Below are positions 47,902 through 57,780 of a stretch of 64,000 nt of DNA, in pieces. Position numbers and translations under genes: made by a program. The first letter of the stretch is position 1, and the number at the start of each line of letters is the position of its first letter. The notes under the pieces are model-generated. The model searched no databases. It saw only the letters and a list, made by a program, of their open reading frames with translations, and had not been told where the DNA came from. The stretch is from Sedimentisphaerales bacterium (GTDB lineage Bacteria > Planctomycetota > Phycisphaerae > Sedimentisphaerales > SM23-30): assembly GCA_963663805.2 (NCBI GenBank), contig CAXXMR010000009.1, positions 192,001 through 256,000 on the forward strand, written 5' to 3'.

Positions 47902-50900
47902 ATGAATAAAAATCCCCAAAATCCTGTTATCAAGTCAAAAAGAAACCGCGGCTCAGCCCTTATCCTCGCCGTCATCACCGTAGTACTGCTCTTTATCATC
48001 GGCTCAACCTTCCTCATGACCACCCAAACCGAAAAAAGAACCGTTGCAACCATAGAAACCACAACCAACCTAAACGCTGCTGTAGATGCCGTAGTCGAAC
48101 AAATCAACGAAGTTTTAGTAAAGGATTTGGTGGGCAGTGACGGAAATCTTCTCAATAACGATTCCGGCGCCTCCGACGAACCATACGACTACCCTGGCGA
48201 AGCGGACCCTTGGTTGGCATCACTCGAACCAACTTTTACTTACGATTCCAGCAGCAATGTCCGCTATATCTGGCCCCACATTACCGACCTTTGGGATGAC
48301 TTTCCATATTTTGGACAGTGGAATTTCCCCGTTGCCGGTGACAGTGATATAGATCATTCCCTGTACTTCTTCGACCCGGACAATCGTTATGACACCGACC
48401 AATATGACACTTCCAAATGGACAGATTCGCAATTCTATTATGTTTCTGAGTTTAATCTGGAAGCTAAAATAATAGACCCGGAAGAGGAAATTCTTGCTCC
48501 GATTCCTGATAATGATACTTCCTGGGACAATGATACGGATTGGCCCAGCCCCCTGATTTACGCCCCGGTTAGCAATCATTATTCCGGTATGCGTGCCGAT
48601 GCCGATGGTGACGGCGTGGCCGACTCCCGCTGGACCAGAATTCCCAACATGACCGCTGCTGACGGCTCAAGCCTCTACGCCGCCGTACGCATAATCGACA
48701 ACTCCGCCATGATAAATGTCAATACCGCCTATCGCTACCCCGACCCCACCGTGGTTACCACCGGCAGCCCTGAATGGGATGGAACCAGACTTTCGCATGT
48801 CAATCTCGATGGTATACGTGCCTCCGGGGATAGTTTTGCTAACGTGGAATATTATTTGCAAAATTGGCGTTATGGCTCTGATATTGTCGCCAATAGCGGC
48901 AGACCCGATACTGACGATTACGCCAACGATACCCAGTACGACGACGATGTCGCCCGCAGACTGCGCAACCCAAACGTACTTAACATTTCCGGTACAGATT
49001 ATTATTACACCCCTTACGACCTCAAAGATGAACTTGAACTTCGCAACAGGTTTTTCATTACGTCCCTGATGGGCACGCGCATGGGCGGAAGATTAGGCCC
49101 CAACCACGACCAGATTTATGGCCTTCAGGTCACTTTCGACCCGTTCCCCGAAACAGTAGGCAAGGAACTGCCTTATGACCTCTCCGATACGGTCAGCAAT
49201 TGGTATGATAAGATAAAACCTGAAAGCGACGAACCCACAACGCTGGGAAACGGAGTAATCGGAGACTATAACCGAAGAATCTTAGCGACTACATATAACT
49301 ATGACCGGCAAATTCTGCCGCGTCCTCAAGGTTTTACTGGCTGGCCGTTGACCGATGGTACCGAAACCATGGAGAATACGGTCCTGGCTCCGCAACTGGA
49401 CGCTTGGACCAATTGGAATACTGGTGGTGCCAATCTTAATTATCGAAAAATATGTATTGAAGATGTTACCCCTACCGGTGCTGGTGGTACTCCTTCGCTT
49501 GGAGCTTTAGCCGCGGCAATTTGGATGGGGCTGCCCGATGGCACTACCCTTGCCAATGACCCCACGATAACTGCTTTGGCTACCAGTACAGATCCAATTT
49601 TGGTGTCAACTTTGGCAGCCGCAAATCTTCGTGAGCGCATTGCCTGCCAGCTGGCGGTTAATCTGTATGACTATATCGATAATGACCATCTGTCGCAGTA
49701 TTTTACGGTAGGTACTAATACCTACTATGGTTATGAGTCTCAGGGACACCACGTTTACATATCAAGATTGGGCTATACCTATTGGAACGATGGGACAACT
49801 TTAGATGAGGACTACGCAATTGTACTTTATAATGCCGGACCTGGCACTGCTGATTTAGCTGGATGGACAATCAGTATAACAGGGCATTCGCCATATACTA
49901 TTACAGGTCCTGCTACGCTAAACACCAATCAGATGTATGCGGTTTTTAATGGTACTACCCAGGGATTTAAGACCACCGATTTTGGTGCCTGTGAGGCCGG
50001 AGCCGGTATTGTTTTTGCCAATAACAATGTAATAACTCTATGGGATCCAACCGGTGTCCCCTCTGATAGTATAACCTGTACGGGCTTGACAAATTCTGGT
50101 TCTCTTACCGGAACCCTTGAAGCTTATGACACTCCCGACCGAACCAGAAGAGAGATTGATACTGTCGAAGCCTGGGGGCCTGTCGCTGCTTTTAATGGGT
50201 CTGAACCTACAGTTGGCGATACTGACCTCAACATCCTGCCCGCTGCCGCCGCGAATGCTTTAGTTGCCCCTGATTTTATTCAGAATGAATGTCTCGATCT
50301 CGCGGCTGGTCAATATCTTACTTCACTTGCCGAAATTCCCTATGCTTTGATGATAGGAACTGTTGATTGGGGTGGTGATATTCTGCCTTTGAGTTACCAC
50401 TTTCATGAAGTTATGGTTACGCCATTTGTTCCTCCGATTAACGCTGCTACTACTCCCACTGCCCTTGCTTTGGGGCGGCTTGATATGGGTAATCCCGATT
50501 ATCAAAATCTTCTTCAATATTTAACAATCAAACATTTTTCGCCCTGGAGTGATACCGTGGATAATGATGGTGACGGCACTCCAGATGATTTAGATGAAAT
50601 TACCATCGCCGGCCGCATCAACATTAACACCGCCCCCTGGTTTGTTATTTCTCAACTGCCTTGGATGGTGGACCATGACGCCTCTGTATCTGCTTTGGAA
50701 AATGTCCGACTTGCCAATGCCATTACTGCTTACCGGGACATGACCAATACCCTGGCTTTTTGGACGCCTGCTTCTAATGTCGGTCCTGACTATTCGACCA
50801 ACCGTACTGCAACTGGGATTGCCGGAGTGCGTACCGCCCCCGGCTTTGCTTCTGTTGCGGAATTACTTAATGTTACTAACACCGGTGGGTTTGACCCATA

Positions 50901-51195
50901 TTTTGATATTCGCAGGTATATTGACGCAACTTATGACCCCGGTAATTTAGTGGGGGCTCCTGATTACACCGCTGATACCGTCGGCGACGACCTCGAAGAA
51001 CGCGACATTCTGTTCCAGCGTATCAGCAACCTCGCCACTGTTCGCAGTGATGTCTTTACGGCCTATATCCTGGTGAGGGAGGGAGAGAGCGGGCCTCAGA
51101 AGCGGGTTATTGCTATCTTCGACCGCAGTAACGTTTATACCGCCAGCGACCGGCCCCGCCTGGTGGCGATGCAGGAAGTCCCCGACCCCCGCTAA
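47902..51195 (+). CDS. Large GspK/PilX-like tip pseudopilin
   Basis: NRG|SALILAV (no E5, as in GspK/PilX), DADGDGVADSRW, AVRIIDNSAMINVN, GRININTAP, TVRSDVFTAY. Confidence 0.82.
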   Translation: MNKNPQNPVIKSKRNRGSALILAVITVVLLFIIGSTFLMTTQTEKRTVATIETTTNLNAAVDAVVEQINEVLVKDLVGSDGNLLNNDSGASDEPYDYPGEADPWLASLEPTFTYDSSSNVRYIWPHITDLWDDFPYFGQWNFPVAGDSDIDHSLYFFDPDNRYDTDQYDTSKWTDSQFYYVSEFNLEAKIIDPEEEILAPIPDNDTSWDNDTDWPSPLIYAPVSNHYSGMRADADGDGVADSRWTRIPNMTAADGSSLYAAVRIIDNSAMINVNTAYRYPDPTVVTTGSPEWDGTRLSHVNLDGIRASGDSFANVEYYLQNWRYGSDIVANSGRPDTDDYANDTQYDDDVARRLRNPNVLNISGTDYYYTPYDLKDELELRNRFFITSLMGTRMGGRLGPNHDQIYGLQVTFDPFPETVGKELPYDLSDTVSNWYDKIKPESDEPTTLGNGVIGDYNRRILATTYNYDRQILPRPQGFTGWPLTDGTETMENTVLAPQLDAWTNWNTGGANLNYRKICIEDVTPTGAGGTPSLGALAAAIWMGLPDGTTLANDPTITALATSTDPILVSTLAAANLRERIACQLAVNLYDYIDNDHLSQYFTVGTNTYYGYESQGHHVYISRLGYTYWNDGTTLDEDYAIVLYNAGPGTADLAGWTISITGHSPYTITGPATLNTNQMYAVFNGTTQGFKTTDFGACEAGAGIVFANNNVITLWDPTGVPSDSITCTGLTNSGSLTGTLEAYDTPDRTRREIDTVEAWGPVAAFNGSEPTVGDTDLNILPAAAANALVAPDFIQNECLDLAAGQYLTSLAEIPYALMIGTVDWGGDILPLSYHFHEVMVTPFVPPINAATTPTALALGRLDMGNPDYQNLLQYLTIKHFSPWSDTVDNDGDGTPDDLDEITIAGRININTAPWFVISQLPWMVDHDASVSALENVRLANAITAYRDMTNTLAFWTPASNVGPDYSTNRTATGIAGVRTAPGFASVAELLNVTNTGGFDPYFDIRRYIDATYDPGNLVGAPDYTADTVGDDLEERDILFQRISNLATVRSDVFTAYILVREGESGPQKRVIAIFDRSNVYTASDRPRLVAMQEVPDPR

Positions 51196-51217
51196 AACGC
51201 CACCCGCAACCCACCTG

Positions 51218-51254
51218 TCAGAGCCGCGCACGTAAGTAAGCGGTGCCGTTAAAT
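51218..51254 (+). repeat. REP-like repeat B, copy 3
   Basis: TCAGAGCCGCGCACGTAAGTAAGCGGTGCCGTTAAAT. Confidence 0.88.
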
Positions 51255-51261
51255 TAAAATA

Positions 51262-51346
51262 CCCCTGCCGAAGGCAGGCACCACGCCGTTAATCATTCAA
51301 CCCTCGACCGCAGGTCGAAACCGCGCCGTTCACTCATGCCTCATGC
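51262..51346 (+). repeat. Tandem hairpin units (repeat C) followed by heptamers
   Basis: CCTGCC-GAA-GGCAGG..CACGCCGTT and TCGACC-GCA-GGTCGA..CGCGCCGTT, then CTCATGC twice; a relative lies at 61306-61334 on the minus strand. Confidence 0.6.
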
Positions 51347-51455
51347 TCCGCCCGCCTTGCCCGTCAATCTGAACTCTGACAGAACCCAAAAAAAACGATT
51401 TTCGGCCTCAAAAACGCGATTTTATTGAAATTTTCTCGAAAAACGTGAAATTTTC

Positions 51456-52904
51456 CAATCCTGTTCGGCACATTTATTGCTTTAGGCTTTTGGCCTCCTG
51501 TATTTTTTTTAAAAAAAACCCGAAATGTTAAGATAGGTAATTTGCGCTCGAGGGATATTTATGCTCTAATAGGAGGCATGAGTGCTAAGCGTCAGAAAAT
51601 CAAGGAGCGGGACCTGCGTGGGTTCAAGTATTTCAAGTCCCTCTCGGCTCTGCTGAAAGGTCTTCACTCGGCGGGATGTGAGCGGGACCGGGCCGGCAAT
51701 CGCACATTATTCATGGACCAGTATGTCAGTCTGCTGCTGTTATACATGTTCAATCCGATCTGCAGTTCCATCCGGTCTTTGCAGCAGGCCGGCGAGCTCA
51801 AAAAAGTACAGCGGCTGTTGGGCTGCTCACGGGCTTCGCTGGGTTCGCTTTCGGAAGCATCCCGGGTTTTTGAGAGTTCTTTGTTAGAGCCGATAATCGC
51901 TCAACTCACTGAGCAGTTAGGGCCGATATCTCAGGACAAAAAACTGGAAGTCGGTCAGGTCATTACCCTGGTGGACGGCAGCAGTATTCAGGCTTTGCAA
52001 AAACTCACTCAGGCTGCCTGGGACACCGACAAACCCGGAATTAAAGCACACACTCAGTTTGATCTGGAAAAATATGTGCCTCTGAAAATAAATATCAGTG
52101 AAGACAAGTCTGATGAGCGAAAGGTTTTTTTAGAGAATCTTCAGCCCGGCCGGATTTATGTCAATGATCGCGGATATGCCTGTTTTAAGCTGTTTCAGGC
52201 CATTGTGGATAGTAAAAGCTCTTTTGTCTGTCGGCTGCGTGAGGATACGGTTTACGAAACTATTCAGGAAAAACCTTTAACTGAAGATGCTCGAAAAGCG
52301 GGGATAATTTTTGATCGTACGGTAATCGCCGGCAGCAGTGAAAAACTGCGGGAAGATTTCAAACAACCGTTACGCCTGATAGCGGTTGAATGTCAACCGC
52401 ATTTGAAACGGGGCCAGGGACCACGTCAGAGTGAGATGATTTTGATTGCCACCGACCGGCTGGACCTGGACGCCGAAGTCATTGCCCTGCTCTATCAGAA
52501 ACGCTGGGCCATCGAAATATTTTTCCGCTTTTTTAAGCATGTGCTGGGCTGCCGACATCTGCTAAGCCTCTGCGAAAACGGTATCGAACTACAGATGTAC
52601 GCCGCGATTATCGCCTGTATGCTGATCAGCCTGTGGACGGGCAAAAAACCAACTTTAAGAACCTACGAAATGCTCTGCTGGCACCTCTGCGGCATGGCCG
52701 ACGAGCAAGAAATGCAGAACCATATCAATAAACTCCAAAGCCAAAACTAAGGCCGATCCTCAAAAAAATCGCCGCTGCCGCTGATGCTGCGCCAAAATAA
52801 CCAGTGCCGACAGTCCCACTGAGGGGTAATCCCCGCTAAATCATATGAACTGCAAAGACCACAGAAAAACTGTATTTGAGCAATAAATGTGCCGAACAGG
52901 ATTG
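51456..52904 (+). mobile_element. IS4-family insertion sequence, copy 2 (1449 bp)
   Basis: Same 26-bp TIRs; 9-bp target duplication GAAATTTTC at 51447-51455 and 52905-52913. Confidence 0.97.
51578..52750 (+). CDS. IS4-family DDE transposase
   Basis: Protein identical to 7866-9038. Confidence 0.93.
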   Translation: MSAKRQKIKERDLRGFKYFKSLSALLKGLHSAGCERDRAGNRTLFMDQYVSLLLLYMFNPICSSIRSLQQAGELKKVQRLLGCSRASLGSLSEASRVFESSLLEPIIAQLTEQLGPISQDKKLEVGQVITLVDGSSIQALQKLTQAAWDTDKPGIKAHTQFDLEKYVPLKINISEDKSDERKVFLENLQPGRIYVNDRGYACFKLFQAIVDSKSSFVCRLREDTVYETIQEKPLTEDARKAGIIFDRTVIAGSSEKLREDFKQPLRLIAVECQPHLKRGQGPRQSEMILIATDRLDLDAEVIALLYQKRWAIEIFFRFFKHVLGCRHLLSLCENGIELQMYAAIIACMLISLWTGKKPTLRTYEMLCWHLCGMADEQEMQNHINKLQSQN

Positions 52905-52973
52905 GAAATTTTCCGCAAAAAACGGTCGTCTCAGCCAGATTCGCGCCGAAAATACCCCCTTTTTACCTACCCA

Positions 52974-53606
52974 TCAGGCCCGATTGCGGCGGTGAATTCT
53001 ACCTCTCAGAAGGACCAGCGAACCCACCCCAAGTATCAAAACCACGCTCGGCTCCGGCAAAATAACCTTCAAAAACGCACTATCCAGATAAGCGTCATTA
53101 GTCACCGCCGTCGTCCTAACCCCTTGGAAATTATACTCTAACGAACGAGTCCCCACCGGAATCGCCGCCGTCCCTTCCCGCATAACCCAAGTATTATCCC
53201 CATAATACCAGTCCAGATAAACACTTGTAATACTCTGCCCATTATCGTCTTTGAAGATCAGGCCTATCCGCCCCCCGTCGCTCATATCAACCGCACCCGC
53301 CTGCCATCCACCATAATGCACCAGCAAAGTCTCGGAATTAAGCTCACTAATCGTAAACCCCGCATCCACAAGACTTACCGGCTGATAAAGCACCGTATTC
53401 GCCTGTGCTCCACTATAGTAAAATGACAACCCCTCGTAAGGCCCTGGGTTAGTATTTCGTATCCCACCCCAGTTACTTGTCCATCCATTTAGCCCATCTT
53501 CAAACCCCGAATTCACCAGCAAATTTGTATCAATGAGTGCCCCTTGGCTGTAACTAACAACTAACAATAGACTTAGCAAGCAAAAAAATCCCTGTTTTCT
53601 CAACAT
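52974..53606 (-). CDS. PEP-CTERM-like secreted protein with a CBM-like domain
   Basis: Signal peptide MLRKQGFFCLL..., NLLVNSGFEDG, DAYLDS, LPEPSVVLILGVGSLVLLRGR. Confidence 0.78.
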   Translation of the reverse strand: MLRKQGFFCLLSLLLVVSYSQGALIDTNLLVNSGFEDGLNGWTSNWGGIRNTNPGPYEGLSFYYSGAQANTVLYQPVSLVDAGFTISELNSETLLVHYGGWQAGAVDMSDGGRIGLIFKDDNGQSITSVYLDWYYGDNTWVMREGTAAIPVGTRSLEYNFQGVRTTAVTNDAYLDSAFLKVILPEPSVVLILGVGSLVLLRGRIHRRNRA

Positions 53607-53762
53607 TTTCCACTCCGTTCTTTTAAGCACACATCCTTTTCCTGTTCCGATAACCATATAGTAACCTCATAAATCTCTCTATGCAAGTTATCGACCAATT
53701 TTTCCGGCTTCTCAACTGTTTTTCACTCCCTCAACCCCAACTGGACGATATAAAAGGTTACC

Positions 53763-55211
53763 ATGACGCAAGATAAACAATTTAAATTTCATAATCTGCT
53801 CTTCTTCTTCCTGCTTTCATTGGCCGTTCACCTGACCTATCTCGCCTGGGCCTCATCGGGCTTTTATTTCCATAAACCCGGCCCTGAACTGACCTTAACC
53901 AAAGGTAAAATCTATAACGGCTACGGCCTCGCCGCCGGCCACGGCTATTGCGAATACTACAACGACGCCCAGAACCACATCATCAACCTCGGCCATAAAA
54001 TCGACAGCGGTGAAATCGAAAAAGTCGGCCCAGATTCCGCCAAACCATTGCCATCCCATACCCACTACCCCAATTTCCGCCATCCTCCCGGCACCAGCCT
54101 CCTGGCCTGGGCATTCCATCGTACATTCTCCGGCCCCGCTGACAACTACATCAGGGCCTTCAATATCCTCCTTAACTCATTTGCCGCGGTACTGTTAGCG
54201 AAGATTTGTACCATCCTCAACCGTAAAATCGCGACCCTCACCACCTTGCTCTACATTTTCTGCCTGCCCGTTCTCTACCATACCGCCTACATGGCCAGCT
54301 CCACGGGCAGTTTGCCGTTTTTTCTTATCGCCTCTGTCGCCGCCGTTTTTAAAGGTTTGCAAGCCAATACATTGCGCAGCTTCTTCTGGTTTGCCCTGGC
54401 AGGATTTTCTCTCGGCCTAAGCGGCTATTTTCGCTCCGATTACATTGTGGTGCCGATTTTTATGCTGCCTGGTCTGATTTTGGTGAAGCGTAATGTGTTA
54501 TTTGCCATCTCCCGCACCGCTCTGATGGCAGTCGTTATCGCACTGACACTTTTACCCTGGGCCTACCGCAATCACGAACTTTGCGGTCGGTGGATTTTTA
54601 CTTCCGCTATCGGCCCGGCGGCTTTTTACGCGGGTTTAGGTACTTCGCCTAACCCGTGGAACCTTGTTACCAGCGACCAGAACCTTCACGCCGAAGCACG
54701 AAAAGCAGGCTTCACCCACGCCTGGTCCCCTCTGGCCAGCAACTATTTCAAACAGCGTTTCCGCCAATGCATCAGCGAGCATCCTTCAGCGTGGCTTAAA
54801 TCCATTGTTAGCAAGATTCCCTATGCTCTGGCAACGCCATATTACTGGGGTTTCAACTGGCCTGAGCGTAAGGAAACCTATATGGATTTCAACGCTGAAA
54901 ATTTGGACCGATTCGCTCGCTTTCGCAAGCATCCGCTGGATATGCTCATGAAATTCGCTGACCGGGCGGTTGCGGCGATTCTGGTTTTCGTCAGTTTTAC
55001 CGGGGTAATACTGATTTTTATCCAGAAACCCATTTCCCGTGGTTTACTACTGATTTTTCTGGCCCCGCATATTTGCACTATCGTCATGCACGTCCTGATT
55101 CACTGGGAAAGCCGCTACACGGTCCCCAGCCTGTTTTGCTGGAATTTGGGGTTGGCCTGGCTAATATACCTGATTTCTGCTCGCAAACGCAAAATCGCTG
55201 GAATCACATGA
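53763..55211 (+). CDS. Polytopic membrane glycosyltransferase (GT-C, ArnT/PMT-like)
   Basis: FRHPPG, LGLSGYFRS, LLPWAYRN, ESRYTVP; many TM segments. Confidence 0.72.
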   Translation: MTQDKQFKFHNLLFFFLLSLAVHLTYLAWASSGFYFHKPGPELTLTKGKIYNGYGLAAGHGYCEYYNDAQNHIINLGHKIDSGEIEKVGPDSAKPLPSHTHYPNFRHPPGTSLLAWAFHRTFSGPADNYIRAFNILLNSFAAVLLAKICTILNRKIATLTTLLYIFCLPVLYHTAYMASSTGSLPFFLIASVAAVFKGLQANTLRSFFWFALAGFSLGLSGYFRSDYIVVPIFMLPGLILVKRNVLFAISRTALMAVVIALTLLPWAYRNHELCGRWIFTSAIGPAAFYAGLGTSPNPWNLVTSDQNLHAEARKAGFTHAWSPLASNYFKQRFRQCISEHPSAWLKSIVSKIPYALATPYYWGFNWPERKETYMDFNAENLDRFARFRKHPLDMLMKFADRAVAAILVFVSFTGVILIFIQKPISRGLLLIFLAPHICTIVMHVLIHWESRYTVPSLFCWNLGLAWLIYLISARKRKIAGIT

Positions 55212-55259
55212 TTCTGATAGTTTTGCAAGTTCTCACGCTCGAATACCGATTTACCACAT

Positions 55260-56084
55260 ATGAACGATAACACAGAATTCAGCGTTGACCAATACCAGCT
55301 TGCTTATCCGGACGGTATTGAGAAAAACTGGTGGCATCAAGCCCGCAACGCCATAGTTTTGAGCGAGCTGAAAAAAATTGTAACGCCCCGTTCGACAATC
55401 CTTGACGTAGGCTGTGGTCGTGGTATCGCAGTCAAAGCCCTCTGCCAAAACGGTCTTAATTGCCGCGGAGTCGAACTGGCCCAGACCAGCCCCCTGTCCG
55501 GCATAGAGTCGGACATCAGGTTCGGCACCAGTGCTTCCGATTTGCCCATGTATTACCGTCGCCAGATAGATATTATTCTGTTGCTGGATGTAATAGAGCA
55601 TATCCCCGATTCGACAAATTTTCTACGCAGTCTGGTAGATGATTTTCCCCGCCTCCAGCACCTGATTATCACTGTGCCTTCCCGCAGCGAACTCTGGTCC
55701 AACTACGACGAGTTTTACGGCCATGTCGAAAGATACGATAGCGAAATGATGCAGGATATGGCAGAGCAAATTCAGTGGAGAATATCTCGTCAGAGTTATT
55801 TATTTCGGCCTTTATACGTGCCCCTGCGTATGCTCAGTACTTTGAAGATAAAACGCAATACCAAACTGAAAGCTTCTTCGCCCTTAACGGCCTTCGCCAA
55901 CCCGTTGATTGCCGCCCTGATGCGGATGGATTATCGTTTCCTGCCCAATTGGCTGCCCGGTTCGAGCCTGCTGGCGCAATTGACCCCTACGCCTGAATAT
56001 CTCCGCCTCCGTCGCCTGAACGTCAAGCCAGTTTTGGTTTCTACTGAATTACAGAACGCCGTTCCCGAAGAAGTATCCGCCTGA
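55260..56084 (+). CDS. Class I SAM-dependent methyltransferase
   Basis: EKNWWHQARN, ILDVGCGRG, LDVIEHI, ITVP..ELWSNYDEFYGHVERY. Confidence 0.88.
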   Translation: MNDNTEFSVDQYQLAYPDGIEKNWWHQARNAIVLSELKKIVTPRSTILDVGCGRGIAVKALCQNGLNCRGVELAQTSPLSGIESDIRFGTSASDLPMYYRRQIDIILLLDVIEHIPDSTNFLRSLVDDFPRLQHLIITVPSRSELWSNYDEFYGHVERYDSEMMQDMAEQIQWRISRQSYLFRPLYVPLRMLSTLKIKRNTKLKASSPLTAFANPLIAALMRMDYRFLPNWLPGSSLLAQLTPTPEYLRLRRLNVKPVLVSTELQNAVPEEVSA

Positions 56085-56101
56085 CCATAGCGGTAGGGGG
56101 G

Positions 56102-57671
56102 CTAGGCGTTTTGAAGGACAGTTTCTTCCTGATTGTTAGTGTTCGCCGATGCGCTACCCACATTTTCCATCCATTGTTCCACTAGTTTCGGCATTTGCTT
56201 TTCTTTCTCCAGCACCATAACCGTGTTCCAGCAGAAGCGGCTGAACCAGGGGACGTACTTCATGATTTTTTCGTCCAGTCGTGCCAGCCGGGTGTATTTT
56301 GATTCCAGCCGCTTAGCGTCTTTAATCACTTTTTTCCAGTAGCGTTCCTTACGCGGGCTCACATGCTCGACCAGGAAAAAACGCAGGAACAGCCACTGGC
56401 TTGTCAGCCAGAACTCACGATGGCTTACTTTGGAAAAAATCTTTCGCAGCATTCCGAAATCGCCAAACTTAAACGGTTGTTCGTTTTTCGTCCGCACCGT
56501 ATTGGCAATCACTCTATAAAACGAAATTACGGGATTATAGCATAGCGGCTCGATAAATACCGCTTTGCCGCCCGGCTTCAGCACCCGATGAATTTCCTGA
56601 TAGGCATGTCGCCGATTAAGGTGATGCAAAACCCCGTTACCGAAAATATAATCGAAATGATTGTCCGGCAAGTCCATGTCTTCCACAATCATCGTGCGTG
56701 CGTCAATTTCCACACCGTTTCGCTGAGCCAGTCGTTTAGCGACTTCTATCATCTCTTTGGAAATGTCCAGCGACGTGACCTGCGCACCCAGCTTTGCAAA
56801 ATAAACCGAAGTCTCACCCGCGCCGCAGCCGATGTCCAGCACACGCTGTCCCTTGATGTCGCCCATCACTTCCAGAGCGTACCGATTCTCCGGCGCCGTC
56901 ACCGCCTCGAAATTCTCTTCAATCATCAATTCCGAAATATCAATCCCCGACGCCCAGCTGTCATGGAATTCAGATTCATTCTGCTGCCAGCTCTGGTCCT
57001 TGGCGATCTGATGTTTCAGTCGAAACAGGCTTGTCAGGTTCCGCCAGACATCCCGCCCCCCGAAGCTCTGAGTTGGATTATGCATCGGATAATATTTCAC
57101 TACCGGAATTTCCGCGATTTTCAGGCCATGCGCCCACGCTTTGGTCACCAGTTCCGTATGAATGAGAGTGTTATCACCTTCGAAATAACTTATATCACTG
57201 AGCTTGTTCCGTCGAAAAGCCTTCCACGGACAGTTTATGTCGCTGATGTGCAGCTTGAACAGTCCCCGGGTCAGTTTGTGCCAGCCCCACCGATAAGCCG
57301 CCATACGCAGATGATGGTCATGTCGCAGCCGACTGCCCAGTACCATATCATACTGGCCCAGCCCCTCCAGCAGATGCATTGCCGAACTTGCCGGCGGAAT
57401 TTCCGGGGTACTCATCAGGAAAATGTTGTCATAGGCCGCCCGTTTCAAACAATCCCGCACCGCACCCGGCACAAAACTGCTTACCGTACGCTGAATATTA
57501 AAAAACCGGGTATGGGCGTATTCATCCTGTCCCTGTGTCCCTTCGCAATCGCCATAAACCAGAATCTCATATTGCAGAGACATCTTCTCCGCCAGCTTCT
57601 GAAATACCCCGATAACTTCCCGCACCGGTCCCCTGATAGTCATTACAGATTACAAATGATACCGATTTCAT
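56102..57671 (-). CDS. Degenerate GT2-like domain fused to a class I methyltransferase; probable +1 frameshift near the 5' end (57630-57633)
   Basis: DMVLGSR, ISDINCPWKAF, LKIAEIPV; VLDIGCGAG, GNGVLHH, EIHRVLKPGG. An upstream ATG at 57671 gives MKSVSFVICNDYQG, which joins ORF 56102-57643 if one G of GGGG is removed. Confidence 0.78.
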
Positions 57672-57780
57672 AATTACCGGGGCCTTTCCCAAAAACCAGG
57701 TTTATCCACTGTAATTATGATCGGCAGAACCCCCCGTCCCTTTGCAATAATTGACCTGTAACCGGATGAAATGATGAAAT

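Noticed and set aside
42894..51195. Diversity-generating retroelement or shufflon acting on the pilins
   Set aside because: No reverse transcriptase, recombinase or template/variable repeat pair was seen.
51218..51346. CRISPR array
   Set aside because: The units are not identical repeats with unique spacers, and there are no cas genes.
7744..52904. Composite transposon formed by the two direct IS4 copies
   Set aside because: The outer flanks differ (TAAAAACGC vs GAAATTTTC), and copy 2 has its own target duplication, so it inserted independently.
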